A stretch of 64,000 nucleotides of DNA from an uncultured delta proteobacterium (GCA_963745025.1 CAVUWD010000016.1:64001-128000); one strand, 5' to 3'; positions 50,644-62,599 are shown, numbered from the stretch's first letter. Notes: generated by a model not told the origin, from the sequence alone. Numbers and translations: made by a program.

Positions 50644-51000
50644 TCACCGCGGCGCGTTTTCGGCGGACGACACCGTGGCATCGATCCTCGACAAGGCCAC
50701 ACGCAGCAGCACGGCTCCGACCACGCAATTGACACCGGCGACCAGTCCGAGCGCGGCGCTCCGCGACATCACCTCGATCAGCAGGAAGACGAGCATCGCC
50801 GACGTCGAGACCCACGCAAGGAGAAGCAAACCGATCGCTAACCCGAGCGCGAGCAACCCTCGGAACGTGAGCACGAGCAGATCTCGGACCTCTAGAAACA
50901 CGAGGTCGATGCGGTCGCCCACCACCCGCTGGCTGGCGAGCATGACCCGCTCCAGAGCCGACACGACGGACGGTTCGTTCTCGACGGTCTGTGCGTTCAA
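50644..51000 (-). CDS. YqjE-like (phage holin family) membrane protein
   Basis: RIDLVFLEVR followed by two TM segments. Confidence 0.65.
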   Translation of the reverse strand: MNAQTVENEPSVVSALERVMLASQRVVGDRIDLVFLEVRDLLVLTFRGLLALGLAIGLLLLAWVSTSAMLVFLLIEVMSRSAALGLVAGVNCVVGAVLLRVALSRIDATVSSAENAPR

Positions 51001-51336
51001 TCATCCCCCTAGATCGTGATGTCGAAGCTCGATTCGGCTGAATCCCAATCCGTTTCAACAGCGGAAGCGGCAAATCGTCGCGCCGGTCTATACCGGCGCA
51101 CCCGGCGTGCATCCCGATGTCGACTGCTCGTCAGTCGCGGCCCGACTACCATCGGCGCCGGCACGGGCTTCTGCATTACCACCTGATCGCTTCCACTGGG
51201 TCGCGAGAGAGCACCTATGCTGGATCTTTTCCGGTGCGGCATGCGTCGCTGCTCGAGCAGCCTCAACGGGGGTCCAAACTAGTACTAGTGCGACCGGGAG
51301 GCCGGTTCGGGGTTCTCCCTTCAGGAGGATGAAGCC

Positions 51337-51555
51337 ATGCTACGAACTTCGATCGCAATTCCCATTCTGTGCCTTCCGCTCCTGTCGGCCTGTGGGTCGG
51401 CGCTGGGCGACACCGCCGTTGGCAGCGGCCTCGGCGCCGGCGCTGGCGCGGCGATCGGCTCGACGATGGGCGAAACCAAGAAAGGCGCGGCCGCGGGCGC
51501 CGCCGCGGGAGCCCTCGGTGGCTACATCGCGCACGAGGCTAACAAGCGCGACTGA
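51337..51555 (+). CDS. Glycine-zipper lipoprotein
   Basis: Lipobox LSAC; GAGAGAAIG...GAAAGALGG. Confidence 0.8.
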   Translation: MLRTSIAIPILCLPLLSACGSALGDTAVGSGLGAGAGAAIGSTMGETKKGAAAGAAAGALGGYIAHEANKRD

Positions 51556-52042
51556 GCCGCTTTTGCCTTTGCCGGACCGTCTCTCGATCTCGGCGCAACG
51601 TCGCGCAAATGAGAGTATAACCTGCGCGGCCCGCGTGGCAGAGCGTGCAAAGGGTGTCGCCGGCATCCATCGCACCCCAGCGCCGGAGGTCGATACCTGG
51701 CACCGGGACTTTTCCACGGCCGTGCGCCTCTCCGACCATTGAACATGCTGATGAAGAGTGCAGCGCGGGAAACGCAGCTTCACTTGCTATCCTTCGAGGG
51801 GGCCTAGCGGGGCGTTTGTAGATTTGCTCGCTTCACCAGCGGTTGTATCTCCGCGCGATGTGAGTGTGCGCCAGATATTTCGGGCGGCGTGGTTTGCCAG
51901 CAGAGGGAACAACTGTGAGGCGCGTCGGAGCTGTCACGGTGGCTTTGCTTTTCATTTCTGGAGCGGGTGCACGCACAACAGAAAATCGGGAGGTGTGCCC
52001 CTGCTGCGAACCCGGAGCCTTCGTAGCGCCGCAGGCCCGCGC

Positions 52043-52855
52043 TCACTTGTCGTTCAGCTCCACCACACCCGGCTCGTCGGCACCGCTCGGCGGCTCGGCC
52101 TTCGCCTTCAGCTTCTCGGCCTCGGCGTTGCCGTGCCGCGCGACCGCCCGCTCGAGCTCGCGGTGGTCCGTGAGATCGAGGCGGAGCGGGGTGATCGACG
52201 TGAAACCGCGCGACACCGCCCAGCGGTCGGTGCCCTCCTCGGTCTCCGTGATCGGCACCACGGTGAACCAGAAGTGCGGCCGTCCCATCGGGTCGCGACC
52301 GGGGACGACCTTGCCGTCGTAGAACCGCACGGACTGCTTCGTCCACAACATCCCTTTCGGATGCTCGTTCGGGAAATTCACGTTCAGCAGCATCGACGGC
52401 GGTTTTGGTAGCAGCAGCGACAGCACCTCGTAGAGGGCGGGCCGCAGCGCCTCGAAGTCCGGCTCGCCTTTCCCCACCGGGATGCTGAGCGCGATCGCCG
52501 GCAGGCCCATCAGCGCCGCCTGCTTGGCCGCCGCTAGCGTCCCGGAATGCCAGATGCCGTTGCCGAGGTTCGGACCGAGATTGATCCCGGACAGCACCAC
52601 GTCGACCTTGTCCCATTGCGAGATGCCGAGCGCGACGCAGTCGGCGGGCGTGCCGTTCACGCGGTAGGCCTCGACCACGAGATGCGGCGTCCGCTTGTAT
52701 GAAAGCGGGCGAGAGGAGGTGATCGAGTGCCCTGCCGAGGAGCGCTCGACGTCCGGCGCGACGATGCGCGCCTCGCCGAAGTCGGCGGCGGCGCGGGCGA
52801 GCGCGGCGATGCCGGGGCTGTAAACGCCGTCGTCGTTGGAAACCAGAATTCGCAT
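52043..52855 (-). CDS. surE: 5'/3'-nucleotidase SurE
   Basis: [30 protein letters not shown]. Confidence 0.95.
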   Translation of the reverse strand: MRILVSNDDGVYSPGIAALARAAADFGEARIVAPDVERSSAGHSITSSRPLSYKRTPHLVVEAYRVNGTPADCVALGISQWDKVDVVLSGINLGPNLGNGIWHSGTLAAAKQAALMGLPAIALSIPVGKGEPDFEALRPALYEVLSLLLPKPPSMLLNVNFPNEHPKGMLWTKQSVRFYDGKVVPGRDPMGRPHFWFTVVPITETEEGTDRWAVSRGFTSITPLRLDLTDHRELERAVARHGNAEAEKLKAKAEPPSGADEPGVVELNDK

Positions 52856-52897
52856 GGCGTATTTAGAAAAGGCAGTCGGTTCGTTTTGAGGCTGTGC

Positions 52898-53833
52898 TTG
52901 CGCGTAACCTTAATACATAACCCGGAAGCGGGCGACGAGACTCGACCCACTCGCGGTCAGCTCGAGGCTTTGATCAAGGAGGCGGGGCACAAGGTCCGCT
53001 ACCAGTCCGTGAAGGACAACGGCTGGTCGAAAGCGCTCAAGAAGGAGGCCGACCTGATCGCCGTGGCCGGTGGCGACGGGACGGTCGCTAAGGTGGCGCG
53101 GCAGATGATCGGAGAAAAGGTCCCCATCACGGTGCTGCCGATGGGCACCGCGAACAACATCTCGCGGACGCTCGGTATCGCCCACCTGCCGATCACGCTG
53201 CTGATCGCGTCCTGGAAGAAGGGCCGGCGGTTGCCGTTTGACGCGGGCATGGCCGACGGCCCTTGGGGCGAGCGGCACTTCGTCGAGAGCTTCGGCATAG
53301 GGCTCTTTCCGCGTGCCGTCCCGCACATCGACGCGAACGAAACGATCGCCGAGATCGCCGACGTCGAGGTGAAGGTCACCTACACGCTGCAGATCCTGCG
53401 CGAGTATCTCGAGAAGTGTCCGGCGACGGAGGTGAAGGGCACGCTAGACGGCGAGAACATCTCGGGGCGCTACCTCCTGTTCGAGGCGATGCTGATACAG
53501 TTCATGGGCCCGAACCTGCACCTCGCGCCGAACATACTCCTCGACGACGGAATGTTCGACGTCGTGATGGTCCACGATCGCGACCGCGAGAAGCTGCACG
53601 AGCAGCTGGCGACCTGGCAGGAAGGCGCTCTGTGGCCGTCGGAGTTCAAGACCCGGAAGGGCGCGCACCTCGAGATCGAGTGGAAGGGGTTCCCGGTCCA
53701 CATCGACGACAAGGTCTGGCCCGGGGAAGGCGAAAAGCCGAGGCCAGCCGGCGAGGTCGAGCTGACGATCGAGCCGAAGGCGCTCGAGTTTCTGGTACCA
53801 AAGGATCTGCCGGAGCCCCAACTGCAGCGCTGA
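52898..53833 (+). CDS. Diacylglycerol/lipid kinase family protein
   Basis: [22 protein letters not shown]. Confidence 0.9.
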   Translation: MRVTLIHNPEAGDETRPTRGQLEALIKEAGHKVRYQSVKDNGWSKALKKEADLIAVAGGDGTVAKVARQMIGEKVPITVLPMGTANNISRTLGIAHLPITLLIASWKKGRRLPFDAGMADGPWGERHFVESFGIGLFPRAVPHIDANETIAEIADVEVKVTYTLQILREYLEKCPATEVKGTLDGENISGRYLLFEAMLIQFMGPNLHLAPNILLDDGMFDVVMVHDRDREKLHEQLATWQEGALWPSEFKTRKGAHLEIEWKGFPVHIDDKVWPGEGEKPRPAGEVELTIEPKALEFLVPKDLPEPQLQR

Positions 53834-53978
53834 GCGCCTATGCCGCGCCGCACCCCGTGCTCGATCAGCAGCGTGGCAACACCGTTTCAAAACGTCGCCC
53901 CGAAAAACCGCCCGACCGAACCGCTTGAGGGCCACAAATTGTGACGGGCGCCCGCGGCTACGAGTGCGCGCAGGCGTC

Positions 53979-54160
53979 TCAGGAGCGAGCCGGGCGTTCC
54001 ACCGCGAACAGCCGCCACTCCCCCGGAACCCCCTTGAGGACGTGAGCTCCTCGATCCGCGAAGCTGATACCCGAGCCCGTCACCAGGTCCTTCACCGTGC
54101 TCGATACGACGACTTCGCCGGGGCCGGCGCTGCTGGCGACGCGGGCTCCGATAACTTGAG
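53979..54160 (-). pseudogene. Adenylate/guanylate cyclase C-terminal fragment
   Basis: [23 protein letters not shown]...[11 protein letters not shown]. Confidence 0.75.
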
Positions 54161-54454
54161 CGCGGCGGCCATGACGCGACGGCCGGAGAGCGAGACGCGC
54201 CTGCGGCGCGAGTGCGGAATCTTGGCGATCAAGCCGTAGGCGTGAAGGCGGCGCAGGTGCTGTGCGCACCGTGAAAGCTAGCGTAGAGCGGTAGAGTGGC
54301 AGTGCCGGTGTCCGAGATCCAACTTTACGTCCGCCTGCGAGCTGCAGAAAAACTTAGGACTGTGCAGCTCGGCGCTGCACGATGAGGCGTTCGAGCGCCT
54401 GCGTGGCGCTGGTCCCGACATTTTTGCGAAGAGAACGCGAGCCCTTAGCTCCGA

Positions 54455-54902
54455 GTCTGTATTTTTGCGGGTCATCGCTCCAGACATAATAATTCCGCCA
54501 GCGGCTGCCCGGCTTGGCGCGGCGGGCGCGCTGAAACCAGGGATGCTGGTCGGACGTGTGGTTCAGCACCAGTTCCGTGATGACCCGCAGGCCGCGCTGA
54601 TGCGCCGCGCCCAGGAAAGTTTTGAAGTCGCCGAGCGTGCCACACATCGGATGCACGCCACAGTAATCGGCGATGTCATAACCGTCATCCTTGAGCGGCG
54701 AAGGATAAAACGGCAGCAGCCAGATCGCCGTCACGCCGAGATCCTTGATGTAATCCAGTTTTTCTGTCAACCCGCGAAAGTCGCCCGAACCGTCGCCGTC
54801 CGCGTCGTAGAACGCGCGGACATGCACCTCATAAATGACGCCGCTCTTATACCAGAAAGGATCCTGGTCGAGCTCTTTGCGAGTGTGTTTGGAAGTGGGC
54901 AT
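54455..54902 (-). pseudogene. treS: Trehalose synthase TreS N-terminal fragment
   Basis: [40 protein letters not shown]; truncated after WSDDPQKY. Confidence 0.88.
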
Positions 54903-54906
54903 GAGA

Positions 54907-57148
54907 TCAGGTGGCCGGGATGGCTCCCTTGTTTTTTTCGCGCGGGCCTTCACCTAATTCGCGCAATATCCGCCGCACGGCAATGTGGTTGCCGAGATAA
55001 AAACGCGCGGCGGTGCTGGCCACGCCGACGCGCACGGAAAAGGCGGTGGGCGGCAAGGCTCGGAACATGTCTTCGTCCGTCCAGTCGTCGCCGATGCCCA
55101 GGATGAATTCCGGTGTCTGCCCGGAAAGCCACTCCTGTGCGGCGGTGCCCTTGTTGATGCCAGAGTTGCGCACTTCAATGACCTTGTTGCCCTCGAACAC
55201 CTGCACGTCAATGTTCCGCGTGTAGCCCGCCAGGTCGTCGAGCAGTTCCTTGGCCCGGAGCGAAGCCTGCTCCAGGTCGGCGTGGCGGTAATGCCACGCG
55301 AGGGAAAACTCCTTCTCCTCCAGCAGCGCGCCCGGCAGGCGGTCCACGAAGAGCTGGAGAATCGGGCGCACGCGCTCCTTCCAGTCGTTGGTCATGGTTT
55401 TCAGCATACGCCAGTCGGCGTTCTTATTTCGCAGCCAGACGCCGTGTTCGGCGATCAAAGAAATCGGAAGCTTGCCGAACCAGTCTTCGAGTGTGCTCCG
55501 AGGACGGCCGCTGACGATGATCAATTCGTTGGCGCGATCCGAACCCAGGCTTGAAAGCAGCTCCAGGAGTTCCGCATCCGGTTGCGCCAGCCTCAACTCG
55601 GCGGCGAACGGCACCAGCGTCCCATCGTAATCCAGCAGCAACGCCCGCTGCGCCGCCGAACGATACTGCTGGGTCAGCGCGGCCAGCGCCTTGCCCGTCA
55701 ACACCCGCGCTCGCCGGGCCGCCTCGGTTTTCTGCGTGGACAACAAAGCTTGCACGAAGTCATCCGCCCAGCGGACCACGTCGTAACGCCGCAGCCGTTC
55801 CTGCAAAAGTTGGTTGCGCCGGATCTGCTCCTCGACCGGCATGGTCAGCGCCTGCTCCAGGGCCCGCGCAAAATCCTCGCGGTGAAACGGGTTGATGATG
55901 AGCGCCTCGCCCATTTCTTTGGCGGCACCGGCCATCTCGCTCAGGATCAACACGCCGGTCTGGTCGGGCCGCGACGCGATGAATTCCTTCGCCACCAGGT
56001 TCATGCCGTCGCGCAACGGCGTGATCAGCGCCACGTCGCACAATCGGTAAAGTGGCGACGATCTCGTCGAAGGTCAGGTTGCGGAACTGATAGATCAGCG
56101 GCGTCCACTGCACGTTGCCAAAATCGCCGACGATGCGGCCGACCGTTTGCTCCAGTTCCAGCTTCATCGCCTGGTAGCTGTCCACGCCGATTCGCGACGG
56201 CGCCACCGAAACGATGAACACCACCTTGCCGTGCCATTGCGGATTGTTCTTCAAAAACAATTCGTAGCCGCGCAGCCGGTTGATGAGTCCTTTCGTGTAA
56301 TCCAGCCGGTCCACGGAAAAGATCACCTTCTGGCCGGCGCTCTTGTCACTCAATTCCTCCACGCGCAATTCGGTTTCCTTGGACGCAGCGGCTTGGGCAA
56401 AACGGTCGAACTCCACCCCCATCGGAAACGTGTCCACCTTCACCACGCGGTCGCGCAACGTCAGGCTGCCGAGCTGGTGCTCGTAGCCGGACGTGCGCAG
56501 CACCGAGGTCAGAAAATACCAGACATAGTCATGCGTGTGAAAACCGACCACGCTAGAGCCGAGCAGCCCCTCGATGATTTCCTCGCGCCACGGGCGCGGC
56601 AGCATCCGGAAAATTTCGCAGGATGGAAACGGAATGTGCAGAAAAAACCCGATGGGCATTTCCGGGAATTTTTCCCGCACCAGTTCCGGCAGCAGCATCA
56701 GATGATAATCCTGAATCCAGAGCAGGTCGTCCGGCTGCAAGACCTTCACCACCGACTCGGCGAAGACCTGGTTGACCTGCTGGTATTCCTGCCAGTGATC
56801 CTCCTCGTAGTGCGTCAGCGTGGGGAAATAATGGAACAGCGGCCAAAGGGTCTTGTTGCAGAAGCCCAGGTAAAACCGATCCATGCTTTCCTCCGGCAAA
56901 AAGACCGGGCTGGACTTGAATTGCTGCCCGGCATACGCCTGCACCGCCGACTCGTGCTCCGGCGGGACGCTCGCCCCCGGCCAGCCCATCCATAAAAAGT
57001 CCGGATGCTCAACGCCGTCCGCTACCGTGCGATTCAAGTAGCTCCACAACCCAGTGGTGAGGCCGCCAGCGCTCTCAGTGAAGTGCGGCGCTCCATCCTT
57101 GAAGGACACCGTAAACGGCAACCGGTTTGAAACGATAACCAGCCTCAT
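54907..57148 (-). pseudogene. Bifunctional trehalose-6-P synthase/phosphatase (OtsA-OtsB fusion), one frameshift near 56050
   Basis: [51 protein letters not shown] across two ORFs. Confidence 0.88.
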
Positions 57149-57435
57149 ATCGGAAATCTCCGCTCTGGTCGCAATGTTTCAAGACAACTTTAACACATTT
57201 TCATCTTCCTGGGTTCCGGCAAGCATGATGGTTGATCAACGATTCACCACTCGCAGTCCCGATCATCAAAGTGGCGAATGATACCATCTTCGAAAACAAG
57301 AGATTAACGGCCGACCGCGTGCCGCCGGTTTGCGCGGCTCAAAAGGCGGTGCATTACGAGGTCGCCGGTTGTTTGAGCCGGGCCCTTCGGCAGCCGACAG
57401 GAACGGTGGCGGTCGTCTTCAGGCGCACCGCGGGA

Positions 57436-58518
57436 TCACGCACCGACGTCAGTGGAAACCGCCGGGCCCTCGTGGAGCGCGTCCTCGATGTAGAGCATGT
57501 TAGTGACGATCAGCAGCGTGGCCGCGATCGGGCTGGCGAGTGCGAGTCCCCACGCGCCGGCAAGCGTCCAAAGGATCAGCTGGGCGGCGATCGACAAGCC
57601 CGGTGGTAGCTGCACCGCCTTCTGCTCGATGAGCGGCGTGATGAGATAGCCCTCAAGAACGTGCACGCCGACATACAGCAGCACGACGTACATGGCGGTT
57701 AGCGAACCTTGCGTGAATGCCAACAACAGCGAAGGCAGGATAGAGACGATCGCCCCGACGTAGGGAATGAACGTCAGCAGTCCGGAAAGCAGACCTAGCG
57801 TCAACGCGAGCTGCACGCTTAACAGCCAGAGACCCAGAGCGGTGACGCTGCCGACGATGACCATCGCCAGCATGCGGCTGAGCAGCCAGCGCTGAAGCGC
57901 TTGCTCAACGACCTGAGCGACCTCCATGGCGCGGCGCCGGCCCGGCGGGGGGAGCAGCCGGAGTAAGCCGCTGCAGTACGGCCCCGGATCCGCCGCGAGG
58001 TAGAGGCCGATGAATGCCACGATCACAAACAACGCGACGTTGTGCAGGACGATCGCGAGCACACCGGTGGCGTTGCTCACCACCGCTAGCGACTCCTCGA
58101 CTTGCGGTGGGTGCGCCAACGCCCGGCCCCACTCGGTGTGCCGCAGGCTCGCGAGCAAGCTTTGCCAGGCGCGAGGCAACTGCTGCAGCAACTCGTCCGT
58201 TTGCGCGGAAATCTCCGGTGCCAGGAGCCAGGTCATGGCGCCGACGACGATCGCGAGCGCCGCCGCGACCAGCGCCAGGGCAACGCCTCGGCGTGGGACG
58301 CCGAGATCCATCAGACAGTTCGTCGCCGCGCTGAGTGCGACCGCAGCCAGCGCACCCGCGCCGAGGACCAAAAGGACTTCACCGACGAGCCACCCGACCA
58401 CGACGACGGCGACCGTCGCGAGGACGAGCTTCGGCGCCCATGTCTGTGTCGCCGCCGGCGGCAGGTCCGTTGGCCGCTCGCGGCGACCCGCGTCGGCGCG
58501 AGCGAAATCGGTAGGCAT
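57436..58518 (-). CDS. AI-2E family transporter
   Basis: Multi-TM, FIPYVG, EGYLITPL. Confidence 0.9.
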   Translation of the reverse strand: MPTDFARADAGRRERPTDLPPAATQTWAPKLVLATVAVVVVGWLVGEVLLVLGAGALAAVALSAATNCLMDLGVPRRGVALALVAAALAIVVGAMTWLLAPEISAQTDELLQQLPRAWQSLLASLRHTEWGRALAHPPQVEESLAVVSNATGVLAIVLHNVALFVIVAFIGLYLAADPGPYCSGLLRLLPPPGRRRAMEVAQVVEQALQRWLLSRMLAMVIVGSVTALGLWLLSVQLALTLGLLSGLLTFIPYVGAIVSILPSLLLAFTQGSLTAMYVVLLYVGVHVLEGYLITPLIEQKAVQLPPGLSIAAQLILWTLAGAWGLALASPIAATLLIVTNMLYIEDALHEGPAVSTDVGA

Positions 58519-58705
58519 GACCTAAATAACACGCGAGATCTTCGAAGGAAGCGGTCGCTGGAGCCGTAGCTTTCCGGCCGTCAAAGCGGGCAGACATGGG
58601 GATGTGCCGGCTTCGGACCGGAACGCGATCCATCGGCCCGCGAGCCTCGCGGAAGCCGACAGGCGATCCTTCCCATGCGGTCGCGAGAGAGGCACGCTGC
58701 TCGCG

Positions 58706-60706
58706 ATGCGGCGGACAGCGATCGCTCTCGGCGTCATCTTCATCGCATTCGCCGCCGTGGTGGCGGCGCTCATCGCCTGCCGCTTTCGCCTGACGGCCGC
58801 CGCGCTGCGCTACGGGCTCTCACGGGCGGGCTTTGCCGACACCCGCTTCGACGTCGAGCGGCTCGACGCGAGCAGCCTCGTCGTCGCGCGCCTCGAGTCC
58901 GGCGCGGCGCTGCGCATCGAGCGCTGCGAGGTGGATTTCGACTGGCGCCGGCTGCCGCGATTGCCTGTCGAGCGCGTGCGCATGACGGGCCTCCGCGTCG
59001 ACGCCACCGAGCGTCGCGGCGAAGCCGAGCCCGCGAGCGAGACCGAGGCTACATCCCCGGCACCCCTCCCCCTCGGCATGCTTCCGGCTCTCGAGCTCGA
59101 CGATGCCGTCGCGAAGGCTCCTTCTCCGATCGGCCCCGTCACGATCCACCTCGATTCGCAGGTCACTCCCGAAGGCCGTGGATTGAAGATGCACCTCGAA
59201 GGCAAGGTGGACGGAGAGGCCGCGAGCGCGGCGTTCGTGGGGACTGCGCGACTCGGGGAGGGGGGGGCGGTTTCCATGAACGTGCATGTGTCGGCCATGG
59301 AGGTACGGCATCGCCGAGGCCGCGTCGCGGACGGCTCGATGACGGCCGTCATCCAAGGGGAATCGTCCGGGCTCGCGCTTCGCAACGCGACCTCGACGCT
59401 CGATCTCTATGCCCGTGAAACGTCTTTAGGCGAGACGAAGATCGGCGCCGTCGCCGCGCAGATTTCGGCGAAGCTCTCGCGTAAGAGCGGTGCCTGGGTC
59501 GCCGAGCTCACCGGCGCCGACGTCCGGCTACCCGGGAAGGATCTCCACGCGTCGGAGATCTCCGGCGAAGCCTCCGCCGCCTCCGCGAAGCTCCTCGTAG
59601 CGCGGCTCGAGGACACCGCAAGCGCGCGGCGCTTCGAACCGATCTCTCTCGACCTGCGCGTCCTCGAGACGAAGCCCAATCTGACGGTCAGCGCGGATCT
59701 CGGTGCGGCGGGCGGACGGGCGGTGCTGCACGCGCAGGGCAGCTACGACTCCCTCCGCGGCGTCGCGCTCGCCGAGCTCACGCTGCCGCGCCTCGCGCTC
59801 GATCCGAAGAAGCTACGCCTGACCGACGTCTCCCCGCTACTCGCCGCGGCAGGCGAGACGAGCGGCGCGATCGAAGCGCGCGCGCAGCTCTCCTGGAGCC
59901 CCGCGAAGGGCGTCTCCGGAGGCGCGCGGCTCCGCTTCGACGACGTCTCGGTGAACTCGTCGCGCCTTCGTGTCGAAGGGCTCGACGGCGACGTGAATTT
60001 CCGCGAGCTCCTTCCTCCGGCGACGCCGGGCATCCAGACGCTACGCGCTCGCGAGATTCATCCCGGCCTGCTCTTGTCGGACGCCACGCTGCGCTGGGCG
60101 CTCGAGCCGGCGAAGGACGCGTATGGCTCGCGGCTGCGCATCGAGCGCTTCGAGGCGGGGTTTGCCGACGGCAAGATCACCGTCCAGGATACGGTGCTCG
60201 ATCCGCACGCAGAGACCAACACCATCGTCTTCCATCTCGAGGCGCTCGACCTCGCGAAGCTCTTCGCGATCGTGAACCTCGAAGGCATCGGCGGCAGCGG
60301 ACGGCTCTCCGGCGCGATTCCGGTCGCCGTGCGCGAGGGTGGCATCGCGATTCCCGACGGCGAGCTCGCCGCCAAGGGAGGCGTGCTGCAGGTCCGCTCA
60401 CAGCAGGTGGCGAGCCTCCTCTCTGGCGGCGGTCAATCGGTCGGGCTCCTCCTAGACGCGCTCCGCGATTTCCACTACGACGAGCTTACCCTGACGGTCG
60501 AGAAGGCATTCGAAGGCGAAGCCGCGGTCCGGCTCCGGCTCGCGGGCGAGAATCCCGCGGTGATGAACGGCCAGCCATTTCGCATCAACCTGAACCTGAC
60601 GGGCAACCTCGACCGGCTCGTCGCTTCGCTGCTCGAGGTGGCGCGATTCTCGGACCAGGCCGTGCGCGCCACCGTTCGCGCGGTGCAGCCGGAGGGCCAT
60701 CGATGA
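58706..60706 (+). CDS. ydbH: YdbH-like intermembrane (AsmA-type) lipid bridge protein
   Basis: N-terminal TM, beta-rich body, C-terminal GRLSGAIP...ALRDFHY...GENP...INLNL; followed by ynbE and ydbL homologues. Confidence 0.8.
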   Translation: MRRTAIALGVIFIAFAAVVAALIACRFRLTAAALRYGLSRAGFADTRFDVERLDASSLVVARLESGAALRIERCEVDFDWRRLPRLPVERVRMTGLRVDATERRGEAEPASETEATSPAPLPLGMLPALELDDAVAKAPSPIGPVTIHLDSQVTPEGRGLKMHLEGKVDGEAASAAFVGTARLGEGGAVSMNVHVSAMEVRHRRGRVADGSMTAVIQGESSGLALRNATSTLDLYARETSLGETKIGAVAAQISAKLSRKSGAWVAELTGADVRLPGKDLHASEISGEASAASAKLLVARLEDTASARRFEPISLDLRVLETKPNLTVSADLGAAGGRAVLHAQGSYDSLRGVALAELTLPRLALDPKKLRLTDVSPLLAAAGETSGAIEARAQLSWSPAKGVSGGARLRFDDVSVNSSRLRVEGLDGDVNFRELLPPATPGIQTLRAREIHPGLLLSDATLRWALEPAKDAYGSRLRIERFEAGFADGKITVQDTVLDPHAETNTIVFHLEALDLAKLFAIVNLEGIGGSGRLSGAIPVAVREGGIAIPDGELAAKGGVLQVRSQQVASLLSGGGQSVGLLLDALRDFHYDELTLTVEKAFEGEAAVRLRLAGENPAVMNGQPFRINLNLTGNLDRLVASLLEVARFSDQAVRATVRAVQPEGHR

Positions 60707-60894
60707 GAAGAGCGTCACTGCTCGTCGGCTGCCTGCTCGCCCTGCCCATCGGCGCCTGCTCGCCGGTCGTGCGCGTCGAAGCGCCGCGCGAGCCGGTCAC
60801 CATCAACCTGAACATCAAGCTCGACGCCGACGTCCGCGTGAAGCTCGAGGAACAGGCGAAGAAGGACGTCGCCAAGAATCCGGAGATCTTCTGA
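60703..60894 (+). CDS. ynbE: YnbE-family lipoprotein
   Basis: IGAC lipobox, EPVTINLNIKLD. Confidence 0.85.
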   Translation: MRRASLLVGCLLALPIGACSPVVRVEAPREPVTINLNIKLDADVRVKLEEQAKKDVAKNPEIF

Positions 60895-60906
60895 GGTGAC
60901 TTCGTT

Positions 60907-61254
60907 ATGAACCGATCCGCCTTCACCGTCGTCGCTGCGGCTCTGCTACTCTTTGCGCTATCGCTCGACTCCGTCGCGCATGCCGAGGAGAGCCTCGACC
61001 AGCTGCGCAAGAGCGGCGCGGTCGGCGAGCGCTACGACGGGCTCCTTGTGGTGCGGTCGCAGAGCGACGCCGCCGCGCATGCCGTCGTCGACCAGGTGAA
61101 CGCCAAGCGCGGCGCCATCTACGAGGCGCGGGCGAAGAAGGACGGCGCCGACGTCAAAGAGGTCGGCAAGGTCTACGCGCTCGAAATCGCCGCCAAGGCG
61201 CCCGCCGGCACCTGGTTCCTCGGCGAGGGCGGCAAGTGGGTGCAGAAGAAGTAA
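60907..61254 (+). CDS. ydbL: YdbL (DUF1318) family protein
   Basis: GAVGERYDG...VNAKR..IY...G.W. Confidence 0.85.
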   Translation: MNRSAFTVVAAALLLFALSLDSVAHAEESLDQLRKSGAVGERYDGLLVVRSQSDAAAHAVVDQVNAKRGAIYEARAKKDGADVKEVGKVYALEIAAKAPAGTWFLGEGGKWVQKK

Positions 61255-61324
61255 GTCGCGTTCCTCTTCCGCGAAGCTCGATGCCGTAAAAACGGGCGTT
61301 CCCTGAGAGAAGTGGGAGGGGGGT

Positions 61325-61500
61325 AGCGTCGAGCCGTCGCCATCGCGCCTGCGCCATGTCGAGGAGCTTGTAGGCCATCAAGAGTTCCTTCGTGCGGGAG
61401 CCCGCGCCCTTCGTCACGCGCTGGCGTAGCCGCACGGTCGTGAACGGGGACTCGATCACGTTCGTCGTCCGCAGGTGCTTCCAGTGCTCGGCGGGGAAGG
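61325..61500 (-). mobile_element. IS256-family transposase C-terminal remnant
   Basis: FPAEHWKHLRTTNVIESPFTTVRLR...AYKLL...WRRL. Confidence 0.85.
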
Positions 61501-61529
61501 GAAGGGGCCTCACTTCTGGAGCGCTTCGG

Positions 61530-61785
61530 ATGAAGACGAGGACGGGGAGATTGGCGCAATGAGCCTTGAGCCTCCCGAGAAGGTCCGGAGTCTTCGGAGG
61601 AGCTCTACGAGAAGGCGAAGCGGGAGCCCGACTACCGTTTCTACCTGCTCTACGACAAGGTGTACCGCGAGGACGTCCTCGAATATGCGTGGCGGCTTTG
61701 CCGTGCCAACGGCGGAGCGCCGGGCGTGGATGGGGAACGATTCGAGGACATCGAGGCGCGGGGCGTGGAGGAGTGGCTGGGGCGC
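61530..61785 (+). mobile_element. Group II intron reverse transcriptase N-terminal remnant
   Basis: PEKVRSLRR / [28 protein letters not shown]...[10 protein letters not shown] (RT0 region); frameshifted and truncated. Confidence 0.85.
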
Positions 61786-61887
61786 TCGAGGCCGAGCGCT
61801 TGGAGCAGTCGAGCTCGAGTCTCCACGAGTGCGTTGCGCTGCAGCACGAACCGAAGCATCTGATTCCGATCCCGTAGAGCCGCAGTC

Positions 61888-62352
61888 TTGAGAGAAACGA
61901 CAATCCTCGACGCTCTCAACGACGAGCTTCTGTTCGCTTCGTCTTATCGCATCCCGATGTGGAGCACGTGGCGTGCGCTCCTCGCCGCTCTCTTCGGCCT
62001 TCCGCTCGATGCCGAGCAGCTCGCGCTCTTTCAGAAGTTCACGGGACGCTCGACGTCGCCAACCCAGCAGGCGAAAGAGGCGTGGCTCGTCATCGGGAGG
62101 CGTGGTGGCAAGTCCCGCATCGCCGCGCTCGTTGCGCTCTATCTCGCGCTCTTCGGCGATTACTCGAAGATCCTCGCCCACGGCGAACGCGGAACCCTCA
62201 TGGTCATCGCCGCAGATCGCAGTCAGGCGCAGAACGTGATGTGCTACATCAACGAGCTGCTCGACTCCGTGCCGATGCTCGCCGAGCTGGTCGAGCGACA
62301 CACCGAGGAAGTGATCGACCTTTCTGCTGCGTGGCCACGCGTTCCACCCTGA
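61888..62352 (+). pseudogene. Phage terminase large subunit N-terminal fragment
   Basis: Walker A GRRGGKS, AADRSQA; truncated before the nuclease domain. Confidence 0.7.
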
Positions 62353-62599
62353 TTGGAATTACAGACTGTTGCCCAACTGGCACTGACACAAGGCCCCGAT
62401 TTGTCGAATGGCGATAATTTGATTGTAAATGTTCTTGTTTTACAAGCCCTTACCTACCTGGCCGCGACCCATTGGCCTTCGAGGGCCACACGCCCCCCCG
62501 ACGGCCGCTTCGTACATTGGATTACGCAACCACGTTCGCGACGACGTGTTTATCGACTTTACGCCCCGCCGGGCGATTCGCTGCTGAAGGAGGCCAGAG

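Noticed and set aside
50644-51000. Prophage lysis gene
   Set aside because: YqjE-like holin family protein in a stress operon, with no endolysin or structural phage genes nearby
58690-58705. Sigma54-like box AGGCACG-CTGC-TCGC before ydbH
   Set aside because: Only 1-2 nt from the likely ATG, so transcription would start inside the gene
61530-61785. Retron, DGR or defence reverse transcriptase
   Set aside because: Only the group II intron RT0 stub is present; no YADD domain, ncRNA or TR/VR pair
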